From positions 80,828 through 144,827 of the forward strand of contig CALRBH010000001.1 in NCBI GenBank assembly GCA_943354165.1: a DNA stretch of 64,000 nt. The letters are read 5' to 3'. The notes under the pieces were generated by a model. The model was not told the DNA's origin. It worked only from the letters and a program-made list of their open reading frames with translations, and did no database searches. This stretch comes from Candidatus Uhrbacteria bacterium RIFOXYB12_FULL_58_10 (GTDB taxonomy: Bacteria; Patescibacteriota; Patescibacteriia; UBA9934; GWF2-40-263). This document shows, in pieces, positions 15,979 through 24,897 of the stretch; the stretch's first letter is position 1; each line of letters starts with the position of its first letter. A program made the position numbers and the translations under genes.

Positions 15979-18330
15979 ATGAGAAGTTTGTTTTTGCTGG
16001 TTTTGTTTGCCATGATGCCCGCCTGCGTCGGCTGCGACGACGGGGATGGCATTCCCACCGAGGACGACTGCGATCCGGAGACGTCGGGTGACAATCAGGT
16101 CATCTCACTCTGCGGATGTCCGGACAACCCTGCCAGCCCTCCGGGCTGTGCGGATAATTCGGGCGAAGGCGAAGGTGAGGGCGACGGTGAAGAAGGCGAA
16201 GGCGAAGGTGAGCCGCTGCAGGAGTGTGTGCTCAACACCGAATGCGACGACGGCGAAGAGTGCACCGATGGAGAGTGCATCCAGATTCCTGTGGAGCCAG
16301 TGTGTACGCCCGGCGAACGCCGGGTATGCAATACGGGTCTCGACGGCGTCTGCATCTTCGGCAGCCAGCGATGCAAGGAGGATGGATCGGACTTCGACAC
16401 ATGCGAAGTCGAGACGTCTCCTGGCGAGCTCGATGAAGTCTGTTTTGATGGCATCGACCAGGACTGCGACGGTCGCATCGACAATGGATGCGCCTGTCCG
16501 GCTGGAGAAGAAGCTGACTGTGTCCTCCCTGCGCTCGACGGCGAATGTCGCCGCGGACGTATGGTGTGCCTACCGGACGGCTCCGAGTTCGGCGAGTGCG
16601 AGCAGGTCACCTTCTTTCAAGAAGAGATCTGCTTAAACGGGTTTGATGAGACGTGCGATGGCACAGCCGACGAAAACTGCGTGTGCTTCCCTGGGCAAAC
16701 CCAGCCGTGCAATTCAGGGTTTGAAGGCGTGTGTGCCGCGGGCGTCCAAACGTGTTTGCCGGATGGTCTGGGGTTTGACTCCTGCCAACCGCTGATCGCG
16801 CCGTTTACGGAACCTGAGACTTGCGAGAACGGGGTCGATGAGGACTGCGACGGTCGTCCGGATTCCGGATGTACCTGTTCGCCTGATGAACGGGCCCTCT
16901 GTGTCGTAGTGAGCGAGGTCGGACCGTGTTCTGTTGGAGAGGCAGTATGTCTTCCCGACGGAAACGGCTTCGGCGCCTGCGTCCAGACGGTACTGCCCGC
17001 CGCAACGGATTCCTGCTTCAACCTGCGGGATGACGACTGCGACGGCACGGTGAACAACGGCTGCGCGTGTGAGGCAGGAACCAGCATCGTCTGCGACACA
17101 GCCCTCGAAGGGATCTGTGCCTCGGGCCTGCAAACCTGTCTTGCGGACGGCTCCGGGTTCGACATCTGTCGTCCCGTGATCCTTCCGTTCGCACAAGCTG
17201 ATACCTGTGGCAACGGCGTCGACGAGGACTGCGACGGGCTCCCGGACAACGGGTGCACCTGCGATCCCGGTGATCAAGTCGACTGCGTTGTGACGGGGCT
17301 CGAGGGCGCATGCAAGATCGGGAAGGCGACCTGTCCTTCTGACGGCAACGCGTTCGGTGCCTGTACACAGACGGTCTTCCCGGCGGCGCAGGATACCTGC
17401 ATCAATGGGATCGACGACGACTGCGATGCGGCGACGGATGAAACGTGCGTCTGCCAGCCGTTCACGTCCCGTCCTTGCGCCACTGGCTTGCCAGGGGTCT
17501 GCAATGGCGGAAGCGAAACGTGCCGCGCCGACGGAACTGGATTCAACGTGTGTCAGGTGCTCATCATTCCCGGAACCCAGGCGGAAACCTGTGGCAACGG
17601 GCTGGATGATAACTGCAACACGGCGGTTGATGACGGGTGCGTAGTGGGTGCGGGCGTCCCTGGGACGCTGGCCTTTGATGACGATGGTGACTGCGAGTGT
17701 GAGATCGTCGCAGGCATCTGCTCGGGGTCTATCAACCCCGTGTGCACGGCGGTTACGGCAGATGACTGCGATGACGCTGCGAGAGTCAAAAGCTCGCTCG
17801 CCAACGAAGTCTGCGGTGGTACGGAGGACTTCGACTGCGATGGCTCGATCGGTGCCGCCGATCCGGACAGCGTGGCGCAGTGTGTAGGAACAATCAGCGT
17901 GAGTTTCGCGGCAGGGAACTTCACAGCCGTGATGAACGGCAATGTGACGGGAACAACCTTGAGCGAGATGACGACAGGCGCGGCTACGCTTCTTGGAAAC
18001 GTTCTGTTCCTTGAAGTCGGTGCCAACTCCGCCGGCTGCAGCTTTGATGCGACGAGTTCGTGTGGGCAAGTGGCCTTCGATCCCCTCACGGATAACTTCG
18101 TCAACAAGGCTCTGGTGTTCGCTGGAGCGATCGGTATTCCGACAGACTTCACTCCGCGGGTGCAGACGAACCAGACGGTGGTGACTCCAGGTACAGGAGT
18201 CGTGGTGCCTGAAGGAGCGTTCATTGATCTCGCCCGTTGGGGGGTGATCAATGGAGCAGGAGGCAAAACCTGTGCCGTATTGCCCGGTGGTCCACTGGGT
18301 GCGGCTCTGACCACACACTGCACGCCGTAG
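15979..18330 (+). CDS. secreted/lipoprotein with seven ~64-aa 8-Cys tandem repeats of the C-x-N-G-x-D-(D/E)-D-C-D-G-x-x-D-x-G-C type (MopE/putative metal-binding-motif-like), (GE)n linkers and a C-terminal Cys-poor domain
   Basis: Start ATG 15979 behind GAGGAGGAG; MRSLFLLVLFAMMPACVGC lipobox-like; repeats e.g. ETCENGVDEDCDGRPDSGCTC x7. Confidence 0.7.
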   Translation: MRSLFLLVLFAMMPACVGCDDGDGIPTEDDCDPETSGDNQVISLCGCPDNPASPPGCADNSGEGEGEGDGEEGEGEGEPLQECVLNTECDDGEECTDGECIQIPVEPVCTPGERRVCNTGLDGVCIFGSQRCKEDGSDFDTCEVETSPGELDEVCFDGIDQDCDGRIDNGCACPAGEEADCVLPALDGECRRGRMVCLPDGSEFGECEQVTFFQEEICLNGFDETCDGTADENCVCFPGQTQPCNSGFEGVCAAGVQTCLPDGLGFDSCQPLIAPFTEPETCENGVDEDCDGRPDSGCTCSPDERALCVVVSEVGPCSVGEAVCLPDGNGFGACVQTVLPAATDSCFNLRDDDCDGTVNNGCACEAGTSIVCDTALEGICASGLQTCLADGSGFDICRPVILPFAQADTCGNGVDEDCDGLPDNGCTCDPGDQVDCVVTGLEGACKIGKATCPSDGNAFGACTQTVFPAAQDTCINGIDDDCDAATDETCVCQPFTSRPCATGLPGVCNGGSETCRADGTGFNVCQVLIIPGTQAETCGNGLDDNCNTAVDDGCVVGAGVPGTLAFDDDGDCECEIVAGICSGSINPVCTAVTADDCDDAARVKSSLANEVCGGTEDFDCDGSIGAADPDSVAQCVGTISVSFAAGNFTAVMNGNVTGTTLSEMTTGAATLLGNVLFLEVGANSAGCSFDATSSCGQVAFDPLTDNFVNKALVFAGAIGIPTDFTPRVQTNQTVVTPGTGVVVPEGAFIDLARWGVINGAGGKTCAVLPGGPLGAALTTHCTP

Positions 18331-18363
18331 TGGTGCAGTTGGGATGATGTCCTAGTTACTTCT

Positions 18364-18416
18364 GCCGGCGGCCGCGATCTCCTCTCTGAGGAATCGCGAC
18401 CGTCGGTCTTTTATTT
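18364..18416 (+). terminator. rho-independent terminator after the Cys-rich gene
   Basis: GCCGGCGGCCGCGAT...ATCGCGACCGTCGGTC hairpin then TTTTATTT. Confidence 0.6.
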
Positions 18417-18424
18417 GGTACACT

Positions 18425-19975
18425 ATGAGCGTTATGTTGGACCTGCAGGCGATGTATGGCCTTACGGAGGAGCGGTCAAAGGGATTGATGGTGGTGCTCG
18501 CCATCTCGTTTGTTGTTCTCATCGGCTCCATGTCGTTTCTTTCGCCGGTAGCGGTGGTGGCCGGGGTGATTGGCGTTCTGCTGCTCGCTCTCACGATTGT
18601 GCGACCGCTCTGGACGCTGAGCCTACTCGCCCTCTACCTTCCGTTCGAGCCGTTTCTGCTCAAGTTTGCGCCGGACGAAGTGTATACGTTTGCCCGGTTC
18701 GGTTCCGAAGGACTCATCTATATTCTTGGGGGGCTCGTGATCGCGCGTATCCTCATGGGGCGTACGTCGAACGTTCAGACGCCTATCAGTCTTCCGTTCG
18801 TCCTGTTCTGCGTTGTTCTCGGCGCGTCCGCGCTTATCAATGCCGTGCCTCCGAGCATCGCCGTACTCGGCATCAGACAGATCATCAGGTTCATCCTGGT
18901 ATTCTTTATCGTCGTACAGCTCGCGCCGTCCAAGTCTTACATTTCAAAACTGACGATCGCACTGTTTGGGATTGCGGCGTTCGAAAGTTTGCTGGCGTTC
19001 GCCCAGCTCGTCATTGGTGCGCCGCTCGACACATTCCTCCTGCCGTCGGACACGCGCGCGATCGGCGACGTTGCCGTTACGGCCGGGACGACCCAGTTCT
19101 GGGACCCGGGCTCGCGCACGTTCGGGACGCTCGGTCGGTATGATCGGCTCGGAAACTTTCTGTTCATGATGCTGTTGTTCGGCGTCGGCTTCCTCACGCA
19201 GCAGGGGAAGCGCGCGATCTCTTTGTCCCGTAATCAACTTCTTTGGCTGTTCGCCCTCGGGTTACCTGCGCTCCTCATGACGTTCTCGCGCGCATCTTGG
19301 TTCGCCTTTCTCTTCGGCTTCCTTTTCATCATGGTGGTGCTGCTGCGCGATAAACGCGTGATGGCGGCGTTCGGGATTTGTGGGGTCCTTGCGGGAGCGT
19401 ACGTGGGATTGTCCGGGCTTAATGTACGGTTCATTACGGAAGCGCCGGGGCAGACCCTCATCGAGCGGTTTTACGAAACGTTCAGCTATGCGCGATGGCG
19501 CGGGGAATATTACGGACTCGGCCGCGTGTTTTGGTTCGTGCAAACCGTGTCAGTTGTCGTCCCCGCTGCGCCGATCTTTGGCTGGGGGCCTGGGCAGTAC
19601 GGGGCAGGGGCCGCGACCACGCTCGTGAATACGCGCGTGTATGACGCGCTCGGCTTGCCGTTCGGGGTCTATGGAACCGATGGGTATATCGATAACAACT
19701 GGTTCTCCTTATGGGGGGAAGCCGGAACGCTCGGACTCGCGTTTTTCCTCTGGATGTACATCGGACTATTTGTGTACGTATGGCGAGGATATCGCCGGAG
19801 TTCCGATGGGTTCACACGCGGGTTGTGCGCGGGGTATCTCGCCCTGCAAATCGGCGTCGCGTTCGCGGCGTTCCTTGCGACATCGTTCGAGACAAGAACG
19901 GTCGGGTACTACTTGTGGATGTATGCCGGGTTCCTCGTGGTGCTGCTTGAGCGTGAACGTCGTACGCCCGTATGA
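18425..19975 (+). CDS. O-antigen ligase / Wzy-type polymerase family membrane protein
   Basis: ~12 TM helices, large periplasmic loop containing the TFSRASW signature of the Wzy_C/O-antigen ligase family. Confidence 0.72.
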   Translation: MSVMLDLQAMYGLTEERSKGLMVVLAISFVVLIGSMSFLSPVAVVAGVIGVLLLALTIVRPLWTLSLLALYLPFEPFLLKFAPDEVYTFARFGSEGLIYILGGLVIARILMGRTSNVQTPISLPFVLFCVVLGASALINAVPPSIAVLGIRQIIRFILVFFIVVQLAPSKSYISKLTIALFGIAAFESLLAFAQLVIGAPLDTFLLPSDTRAIGDVAVTAGTTQFWDPGSRTFGTLGRYDRLGNFLFMMLLFGVGFLTQQGKRAISLSRNQLLWLFALGLPALLMTFSRASWFAFLFGFLFIMVVLLRDKRVMAAFGICGVLAGAYVGLSGLNVRFITEAPGQTLIERFYETFSYARWRGEYYGLGRVFWFVQTVSVVVPAAPIFGWGPGQYGAGAATTLVNTRVYDALGLPFGVYGTDGYIDNNWFSLWGEAGTLGLAFFLWMYIGLFVYVWRGYRRSSDGFTRGLCAGYLALQIGVAFAAFLATSFETRTVGYYLWMYAGFLVVLLERERRTPV

Positions 19976-21198
19976 CCGTCCTTCAAGCGCATAAATTTTA
20001 TTTTCCACGCGGCGGGGCGGAGACGTATCTCTTCGCGCTGTCCGAATATTTAGCGTCGCGCGGGTCAACGGTCGTTCCGTTCGCGATGCAACATCCGGGG
20101 AATCGGCAAACTCCATATTCGCACTATTTCCCTCGGTTCGTTCCTACGGAAAAAGTGAAGATGTCGCCGGCGGGATTGCGTACCGTAGGCCGGATGTTTT
20201 ATAGCTTCGAATCTAAGCGCCAGATGGAGCGATTGTTACGGGACGTCCCCATCGACGTCGCCCATATCCATAATCTGTACACGCAGCTGTCCCCATCGAT
20301 CCTTACTCCGCTCCGGAAGAGAAAGATTCCGACGGTGATGACGGTGCATGATTATCACCTGGTGACTCCGCACTATGCACTTCCGCTTGCCGGGCAGGCC
20401 GTGGACGTTTCTCGTGTGGGAGCATTGCGCGCGGCGCAGACGAAGTTTCATAAGGACTCAATGGCCGCAAGTTTTCTGCAAGCCGCATCTTATCGATTCA
20501 CCCGCCGCTGGAGATTTTATGATCGTGCCATTTCGCTCTTCATCGCTCCGAGTGAATTCATGGCGGCAAAACTGCGCGCGTCCGGATATGACAAGGATCG
20601 CATTCGCGTAATCCATTACGGCATCGACACGCGGACGATCGAACCTCGGTTCGGACACGATGGATATTTTCTGTTCGTCGGAAGGCTCTCGGAAGAGAAG
20701 GGGGTCGATACGGTGCTTGAGCTTGCGCATCGACTTCCGGATCTAAAGTTTAAGATTGTCGGGACCGGGCCAGATGAGGCGTTATTGCACTCCGTTGGCG
20801 ATCGACTTCCGAACGTCGAGTTCATGGGATACCAGCAAGGCCAGCGGTTGCGGGATCTGTACCTTGGTGCCCGGGCGGTATTAGTGCCTTCCAGGTGGGA
20901 GGAGCCTTCCGGTCTGGTTTTGCTTGAGGCCCAGGCCTGTGGAAAACCTGTGATTGCGAGCCATGCCGGTGGCATCCCGGAGGCCATGGAAGACCGCAGG
21001 AGCGGGTTTCTGGTCCCACCGCTTGATATCCACGCCTGGACCGAGGCCGTGCTGCGCCTCGCCTATGACGACCGGTCACGCGAAAAGATGGGCAGGGACG
21101 CCAGAACCCTTATGGAAGACCGGTTTTCGCTCAGGGCCCATTACGAGGCTGTGGAGCATGTTTATGCTGAGGCAATACGATTAGGGGGTAGTGCGTAG
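19972..21198 (+). CDS. glycosyltransferase family 4
   Basis: GT-B; C-terminal EPSGLVLLEAQACGKPVIASHAGGIPE (E-x7-E region). Confidence 0.85.
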   Translation: MTVLQAHKFYFPRGGAETYLFALSEYLASRGSTVVPFAMQHPGNRQTPYSHYFPRFVPTEKVKMSPAGLRTVGRMFYSFESKRQMERLLRDVPIDVAHIHNLYTQLSPSILTPLRKRKIPTVMTVHDYHLVTPHYALPLAGQAVDVSRVGALRAAQTKFHKDSMAASFLQAASYRFTRRWRFYDRAISLFIAPSEFMAAKLRASGYDKDRIRVIHYGIDTRTIEPRFGHDGYFLFVGRLSEEKGVDTVLELAHRLPDLKFKIVGTGPDEALLHSVGDRLPNVEFMGYQQGQRLRDLYLGARAVLVPSRWEEPSGLVLLEAQACGKPVIASHAGGIPEAMEDRRSGFLVPPLDIHAWTEAVLRLAYDDRSREKMGRDARTLMEDRFSLRAHYEAVEHVYAEAIRLGGSA

Positions 21199-21212
21199 TG
21201 TGTAGGGGGTAG
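21183..21212. repeat. stop-codon-rich GTAG motif GTAGTGCGTAGTGTGTAGGGGGTAGG overlapping the stop of the GT4 gene
   Basis: TAG in all three frames; shares the GCGTAGTGTGTA 12-mer with 33424..33448. Confidence 0.55.
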
Positions 21213-21253
21213 GAAAAAAGGGCTCTATTTAGCTAAATAACTGTTGAAATGGC

Positions 21254-21282
21254 TTGACAAAAAGCCATTTTTTTGCTATTCT
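21254..21282 (+). promoter_or_regulatory. promoter TTGACA-N17-TATTCT; the -35 is embedded in the hairpin AAATGGCTT/AAGCCATTT; -10 lies 8 nt from the ATG (leaderless)
   Basis: Hexamers and spacing read directly. Confidence 0.45.
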
Positions 21283-21290
21283 GCGCAGTT

Positions 21291-22463
21291 ATGAAAATCG
21301 CCATGATCGGATCAAAGGGGATTCCCGCCGCCTCCGGAGGAGTGGAGCGGCACGTGGAAGAGCTCTCAACGGAGCTCGTAAAGCTGGGACATGATGTCCT
21401 GGTGTATTCTCGTGCTTGGTATACGGGCGTAAACAAGCCTCGTTTTTCGCATCGCGGGGTGACCTGCGTTTCCGTTCCGTCATTGCGTACGAAGCACTTC
21501 GATTCCATTACTCATACGTTTGCCTCCATTGTGGCAGCGGCTCGTGAAGGGGTGGACGTGTTCCATATCCACGGCGTCGGTCCCGCTTTGCTTTCTTGGC
21601 TTCCTAAGCTGTTGCTTCCGTCCGCCAAGGTGGTTGTGACCTTCCATTGCATTGATCGCCATCATGAGAAATGGGGATGGATTGCCCGCTTCATGCTCCG
21701 CACCGGCGAATGGGCCGCAGTCCGTTTTCCGGACGCGACCATCGCGGTTGCAAAGTCTCTTCAGGATTACTTGCGCCTCACCTATGCCACCCACACCATG
21801 CATGTGCCTAACGGTACCCGCATGCCGGAGGGGGAAGGGGACGCGACCAAGCTCTCAAAGTTTGGACTTGAAAAGGGAAAGTATCTGATGTTCTGCGCCC
21901 GCCTCGTCCGTCACAAGGGGGCCCATGTTCTCGTGGAAGCCTGGAAGCTTCTTTGTAAGGAGCGTCCGGACCTCACGGACGGAATGAAGCTTGCGATTGT
22001 CGGAGGCTCGGCGTTTACGGACGGGTATGTCCGCGAACTCACGGAGCTTGCGAAGGGCGATGAGTCCATCGTTCTCACTGGTGCCCAGCATGGCGAGGAC
22101 CTGCATGCGCTCTTCAGCCATGCGTACGCCTTCGCCCATCCATCGTCTTCTGAAGGGTTGCCGATCTCGGTCCTCGAAGCGATGTCCTACGGCAAGTGCG
22201 TGGTCGCCGCAGACATTCCGGAATCGCGCGAAGTCGTGGAAGGCCACGGTCTCACCTTCAAGGTGGGGAACGTGGAAGACCTTGCCCGCAAACTCGCGAT
22301 GGTGATTGAAAGCCCGGACCTCGCCGCCTCCGTCGGGTATGACGCCCGCGACTTCGTGGCGCGACAGTACGACTGGGACAACATTGCCGAGACCACCAGC
22401 TACCTGTATGAGGCGCTCCAGTTCGAGCCTCGCGTACAGGTCCGGCCAGTTGCCGGGCGATAG
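21291..22463 (+). CDS. glycosyltransferase family 4
   Basis: MKIAMIGSKGIPAASGGVERHVEEL N-terminus; GT-B C-domain with EGLPISVLEAMSYGKCVVAADIPE. Confidence 0.85.
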   Translation: MKIAMIGSKGIPAASGGVERHVEELSTELVKLGHDVLVYSRAWYTGVNKPRFSHRGVTCVSVPSLRTKHFDSITHTFASIVAAAREGVDVFHIHGVGPALLSWLPKLLLPSAKVVVTFHCIDRHHEKWGWIARFMLRTGEWAAVRFPDATIAVAKSLQDYLRLTYATHTMHVPNGTRMPEGEGDATKLSKFGLEKGKYLMFCARLVRHKGAHVLVEAWKLLCKERPDLTDGMKLAIVGGSAFTDGYVRELTELAKGDESIVLTGAQHGEDLHALFSHAYAFAHPSSSEGLPISVLEAMSYGKCVVAADIPESREVVEGHGLTFKVGNVEDLARKLAMVIESPDLAASVGYDARDFVARQYDWDNIAETTSYLYEALQFEPRVQVRPVAGR

Positions 22464-22466
22464 CCG

Positions 22467-22500
22467 AAAACACCCCCGCAGTTGCGGGGGTGTTTTACGT
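22467..22500 (+). terminator. rho-independent terminator
   Basis: AAAACACCCCCGC-agtt-GCGGGGGTGTTTT. Confidence 0.7.
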
Positions 22501-22504
22501 GGTA

Positions 22505-22816
22505 TTATGTCGGCTGCATCCCCGTATCAGGAGGAGGTTCGATGTTGATGGATTTGGGGTTTGGGGAGAACAGTTTGTTCTTGATCTTCCATTGATCTAC
22601 GTACTGACCGATGCCACCTTTGTCCCGCTTATTGCGCACCGTGGTGGTGTGCTGGGACCACTTGAGAAGTGACTCGAAATTGATCTTGTAGCGCCCCTGG
22701 ACCACCACATAGCTCACCGCCCCATCGGTAATGGCCCGGCGTACCGTGCGCTGGGAAATCCCAAACAAACGGGCGGCTTCGGACACGGAAAGGCGGATGA
22801 GGGGGTTGAGAGACAT
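22505..22816 (-). CDS. helix-turn-helix DNA-binding protein (excisionase/MerR-like HTH_17 type)
   Basis: Start taken at MSLNPLIRLSVSEAARLFGISQRTVRRAI (HTH); the track ORF extends to 22900 through the CCCTTACC repeat. Confidence 0.55.
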   Translation of the reverse strand: MSLNPLIRLSVSEAARLFGISQRTVRRAITDGAVSYVVVQGRYKINFESLLKWSQHTTTVRNKRDKGGIGQYVDQWKIKNKLFSPNPKSINIEPPPDTGMQPT

Positions 22817-22829
22817 AGGGTCTTTGTGG

Positions 22830-22868
22830 GGCTGTAAAGGCAGTAAGGGCTGTAAAGGCGGTAAGGGG
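22830..22868. repeat. tandem GGTAAGG/CCTTACC-type repeat upstream of the HTH gene
   Basis: GGCTGTAAAGGCAGTAAGGGCTGTAAAGGCGGTAAGGGG; related units at 30361..30405 and 63395..63500. Confidence 0.5.
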
Positions 22869-22946
22869 ATGAGGTTGTTTGGATACACCAGTGTAGCCAA
22901 ACAGAAGGACTTTCGTCAATCAAGGCTTGATAAAAATCACGATTTC

Positions 22947-22960
22947 GGCTAAGGTTAGCC
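22947..22960. promoter_or_regulatory. perfect palindrome GGCTAAggTTAGCC in the divergent HTH / ECF-sigma intergenic region (candidate operator)
   Basis: 6-2-6 inverted repeat read directly. Confidence 0.35.
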
Positions 22961-23003
22961 ATCGCTAAATATACATGTAAGACTTTGTCTTTTTCTGCAT
23001 CAT

Positions 23004-23546
23004 GTGTCGAAGCAACTAGATCAATTCCTTATTTCTCGGATCCGGGCGTTCCGCGACGAAAGCGCGTTCGAACGGATCATGGCAGATCATCATAAAGCTT
23101 TGCTTCGATTCCTTGAGTTTCGTCTGCCCTCTAAAGCCGATGCAGATGATGCCCTTTCCATCACCATGTTACGGACGTGGAACTATCTCACATCCGGGAC
23201 GCATGTAGAGCACTTGCCAGGACTCATTTATACCATTGCGCGTTCTGTGGTTGCAGAGTTCTACCGCTCGCGTCGATCAACGGTGTCTACTGATCTCTTG
23301 GAAGAAAGCGGAGTGATCATTCCGGATACGCAGCACACAAAGGGTGCCATGGAGGCACGAGTGGATGTTCAGTTCCTCGAAGAGAAGCTCAAAGAGCTTT
23401 CCGAAGAAGATCGAGATCTGATCGTGATGAAACACTTCGAACAATTGAGCACTCAAGAAATTGCGGACCGACTAGAAAAATCTGTAACAGCCACAAGCGT
23501 TGCCCTCCACCGCGCGTTAAAGAAACTCAGGGGGCTTATCGAATAG
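23004..23546 (+). CDS. ECF-type RNA polymerase sigma-70 family factor
   Basis: Region 2 (DDALSITMLRTWNYL...) and region 4 HTH (LSTQEIADRLEKSVTATSVALHRALKKLR). Confidence 0.8.
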   Translation: MSKQLDQFLISRIRAFRDESAFERIMADHHKALLRFLEFRLPSKADADDALSITMLRTWNYLTSGTHVEHLPGLIYTIARSVVAEFYRSRRSTVSTDLLEESGVIIPDTQHTKGAMEARVDVQFLEEKLKELSEEDRDLIVMKHFEQLSTQEIADRLEKSVTATSVALHRALKKLRGLIE

Positions 23547-23550
23547 AGAT

Positions 23551-24693
23551 ATGACGGAGCGCGAACTCATTAAACTTTTGAACAAAGCAAAAGACCTCCC
23601 CCAATTTGGCGGAGGGTTTGATGCATCTGTTGAGACACCAAAAATGTGGGCGCGGATTGCCGGAGAACTCGGTTTTGATCCTGTCATGAAACACCGCGTC
23701 TACACCTGGCAGGAGTGGGCGCAATTTTACGTTCATAAATTCGGCGGCATGTTCCGCCACTCGTTCGCTTACGGACTTTCCGTATTCGCCCTCATGTTCG
23801 GCGGATGGGTTGCCACTGTTAACGCTTCGTTTGATTCCGTGCCAGGCGACACGCTTTATCCGGTGAAGCTCGCTACGGAGAAAATGCAGATCACGCTCGC
23901 AACGTCCACGGAGCGCCGCGCTAAGCTCCACACGGAGTTTGCTGGACGGCGCCTGCAGGAAGTGAACGAGATTTCCGTGTCCGATCGCGGCGACAAGGAC
24001 GCACGCATTAAGGAAGCCGTCGCCTCCTTTAAGACGGAGCTCGCCTCCGCTGGAGACCAGCTCGCGGTTCTCACGGATGGAAATTCAACAGAGGTGGCTG
24101 CTGTTGCCGCCGCCATTGAACAGAAAACAAACGAGTACGCTTCCACGCTCACCCAGGCTGAACTCGGAGATAACTCCAAGGATGATGTGGACTCTGCAAA
24201 GGAAGATGTAGAACGTACGGATGCCCAGGCCATCGATGCTCTCGTCGTCGTTCATGAGTCGGATACAGCTGAACCTTCGCGCGAGGCGCTTGAACGCTCC
24301 TTCCGTCAGGACTTCCAGAGTGTAAAGGACCGCTTGTCCCTCTCGCTCGGCCGGCTCTCCACGGTAGAACGCGTGCTTACCAACCTCGGTCGGATCGAAG
24401 CCTCGGAATACCGCGGACGCATCAACAAGGCCAGGGAAGTGATTGTGGGTCACGATCGCACTCTGGGCGGGTCTCAAGACTACGCTGCCGCCGGCGGATA
24501 TCGCCGCGCGTTTGACCTCCTGCGGATCGTCTCAACGGACGTGAAAGTTTCCGAAGAAATTATTGCCGCGTTGGAAATCGAGATTACGACGTCGGTTGCG
24601 ACGCAGGAGGAAGTAGCTGATGCCACGGACGGCAACCCCACCTCACCTCCCCTTGGCGAAGGGGAGGAACGAGTTCAACCCGCATCGTTTTAA
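23551..24693 (+). CDS. DUF5667-like membrane-anchored protein, putative anti-sigma factor
   Basis: Immediately follows the ECF sigma gene; short cytoplasmic N-terminus, one TM (LSVFALMFGGWVATV), extracytoplasmic helical domain. Confidence 0.5.
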   Translation: MTERELIKLLNKAKDLPQFGGGFDASVETPKMWARIAGELGFDPVMKHRVYTWQEWAQFYVHKFGGMFRHSFAYGLSVFALMFGGWVATVNASFDSVPGDTLYPVKLATEKMQITLATSTERRAKLHTEFAGRRLQEVNEISVSDRGDKDARIKEAVASFKTELASAGDQLAVLTDGNSTEVAAVAAAIEQKTNEYASTLTQAELGDNSKDDVDSAKEDVERTDAQAIDALVVVHESDTAEPSREALERSFRQDFQSVKDRLSLSLGRLSTVERVLTNLGRIEASEYRGRINKAREVIVGHDRTLGGSQDYAAAGGYRRAFDLLRIVSTDVKVSEEIIAALEIEITTSVATQEEVADATDGNPTSPPLGEGEERVQPASF

Positions 24694-24897
24694 AAACTGC
24701 ATCGGGCCCCGTGCTTATCTCCTCACGTGAGTAGGGAGATGAGCTCGGGGAAATCACCCGATAGCCCCGCAGCTAGTTGATGCAACGCAAGGTCGACCAC
24801 GTGTAAAAAACGTGGATGCATCAGCCTCCCGAGATCCGGGTTACCGGATCCGGCACTACAAAGGTTCACCTGGCTTACGCCAGGTATCTACTAAGCT
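24694..24897 (+). promoter_or_regulatory. long structured 5' leader of the giant surface-protein gene
   Basis: Multiple hairpins (CATCTCC...GGGAGATG; CACGTG-taaaaaa-CGTGG; CCGGATCCGG; CCTGGC-ttac-GCCAGG) within ~200 nt before the ATG. Confidence 0.45.

Noticed and set aside
22816-22900. N-terminal extension of the HTH protein (MATLVYPNNLIPLPPLQPLLPLQP...).
   Set aside because: The extension is encoded by the CCCTTACC tandem repeat, which gives a Pro/Leu low-complexity peptide. The HTH domain starts at the internal Met, so the shorter form is preferred. The long form cannot be fully excluded.
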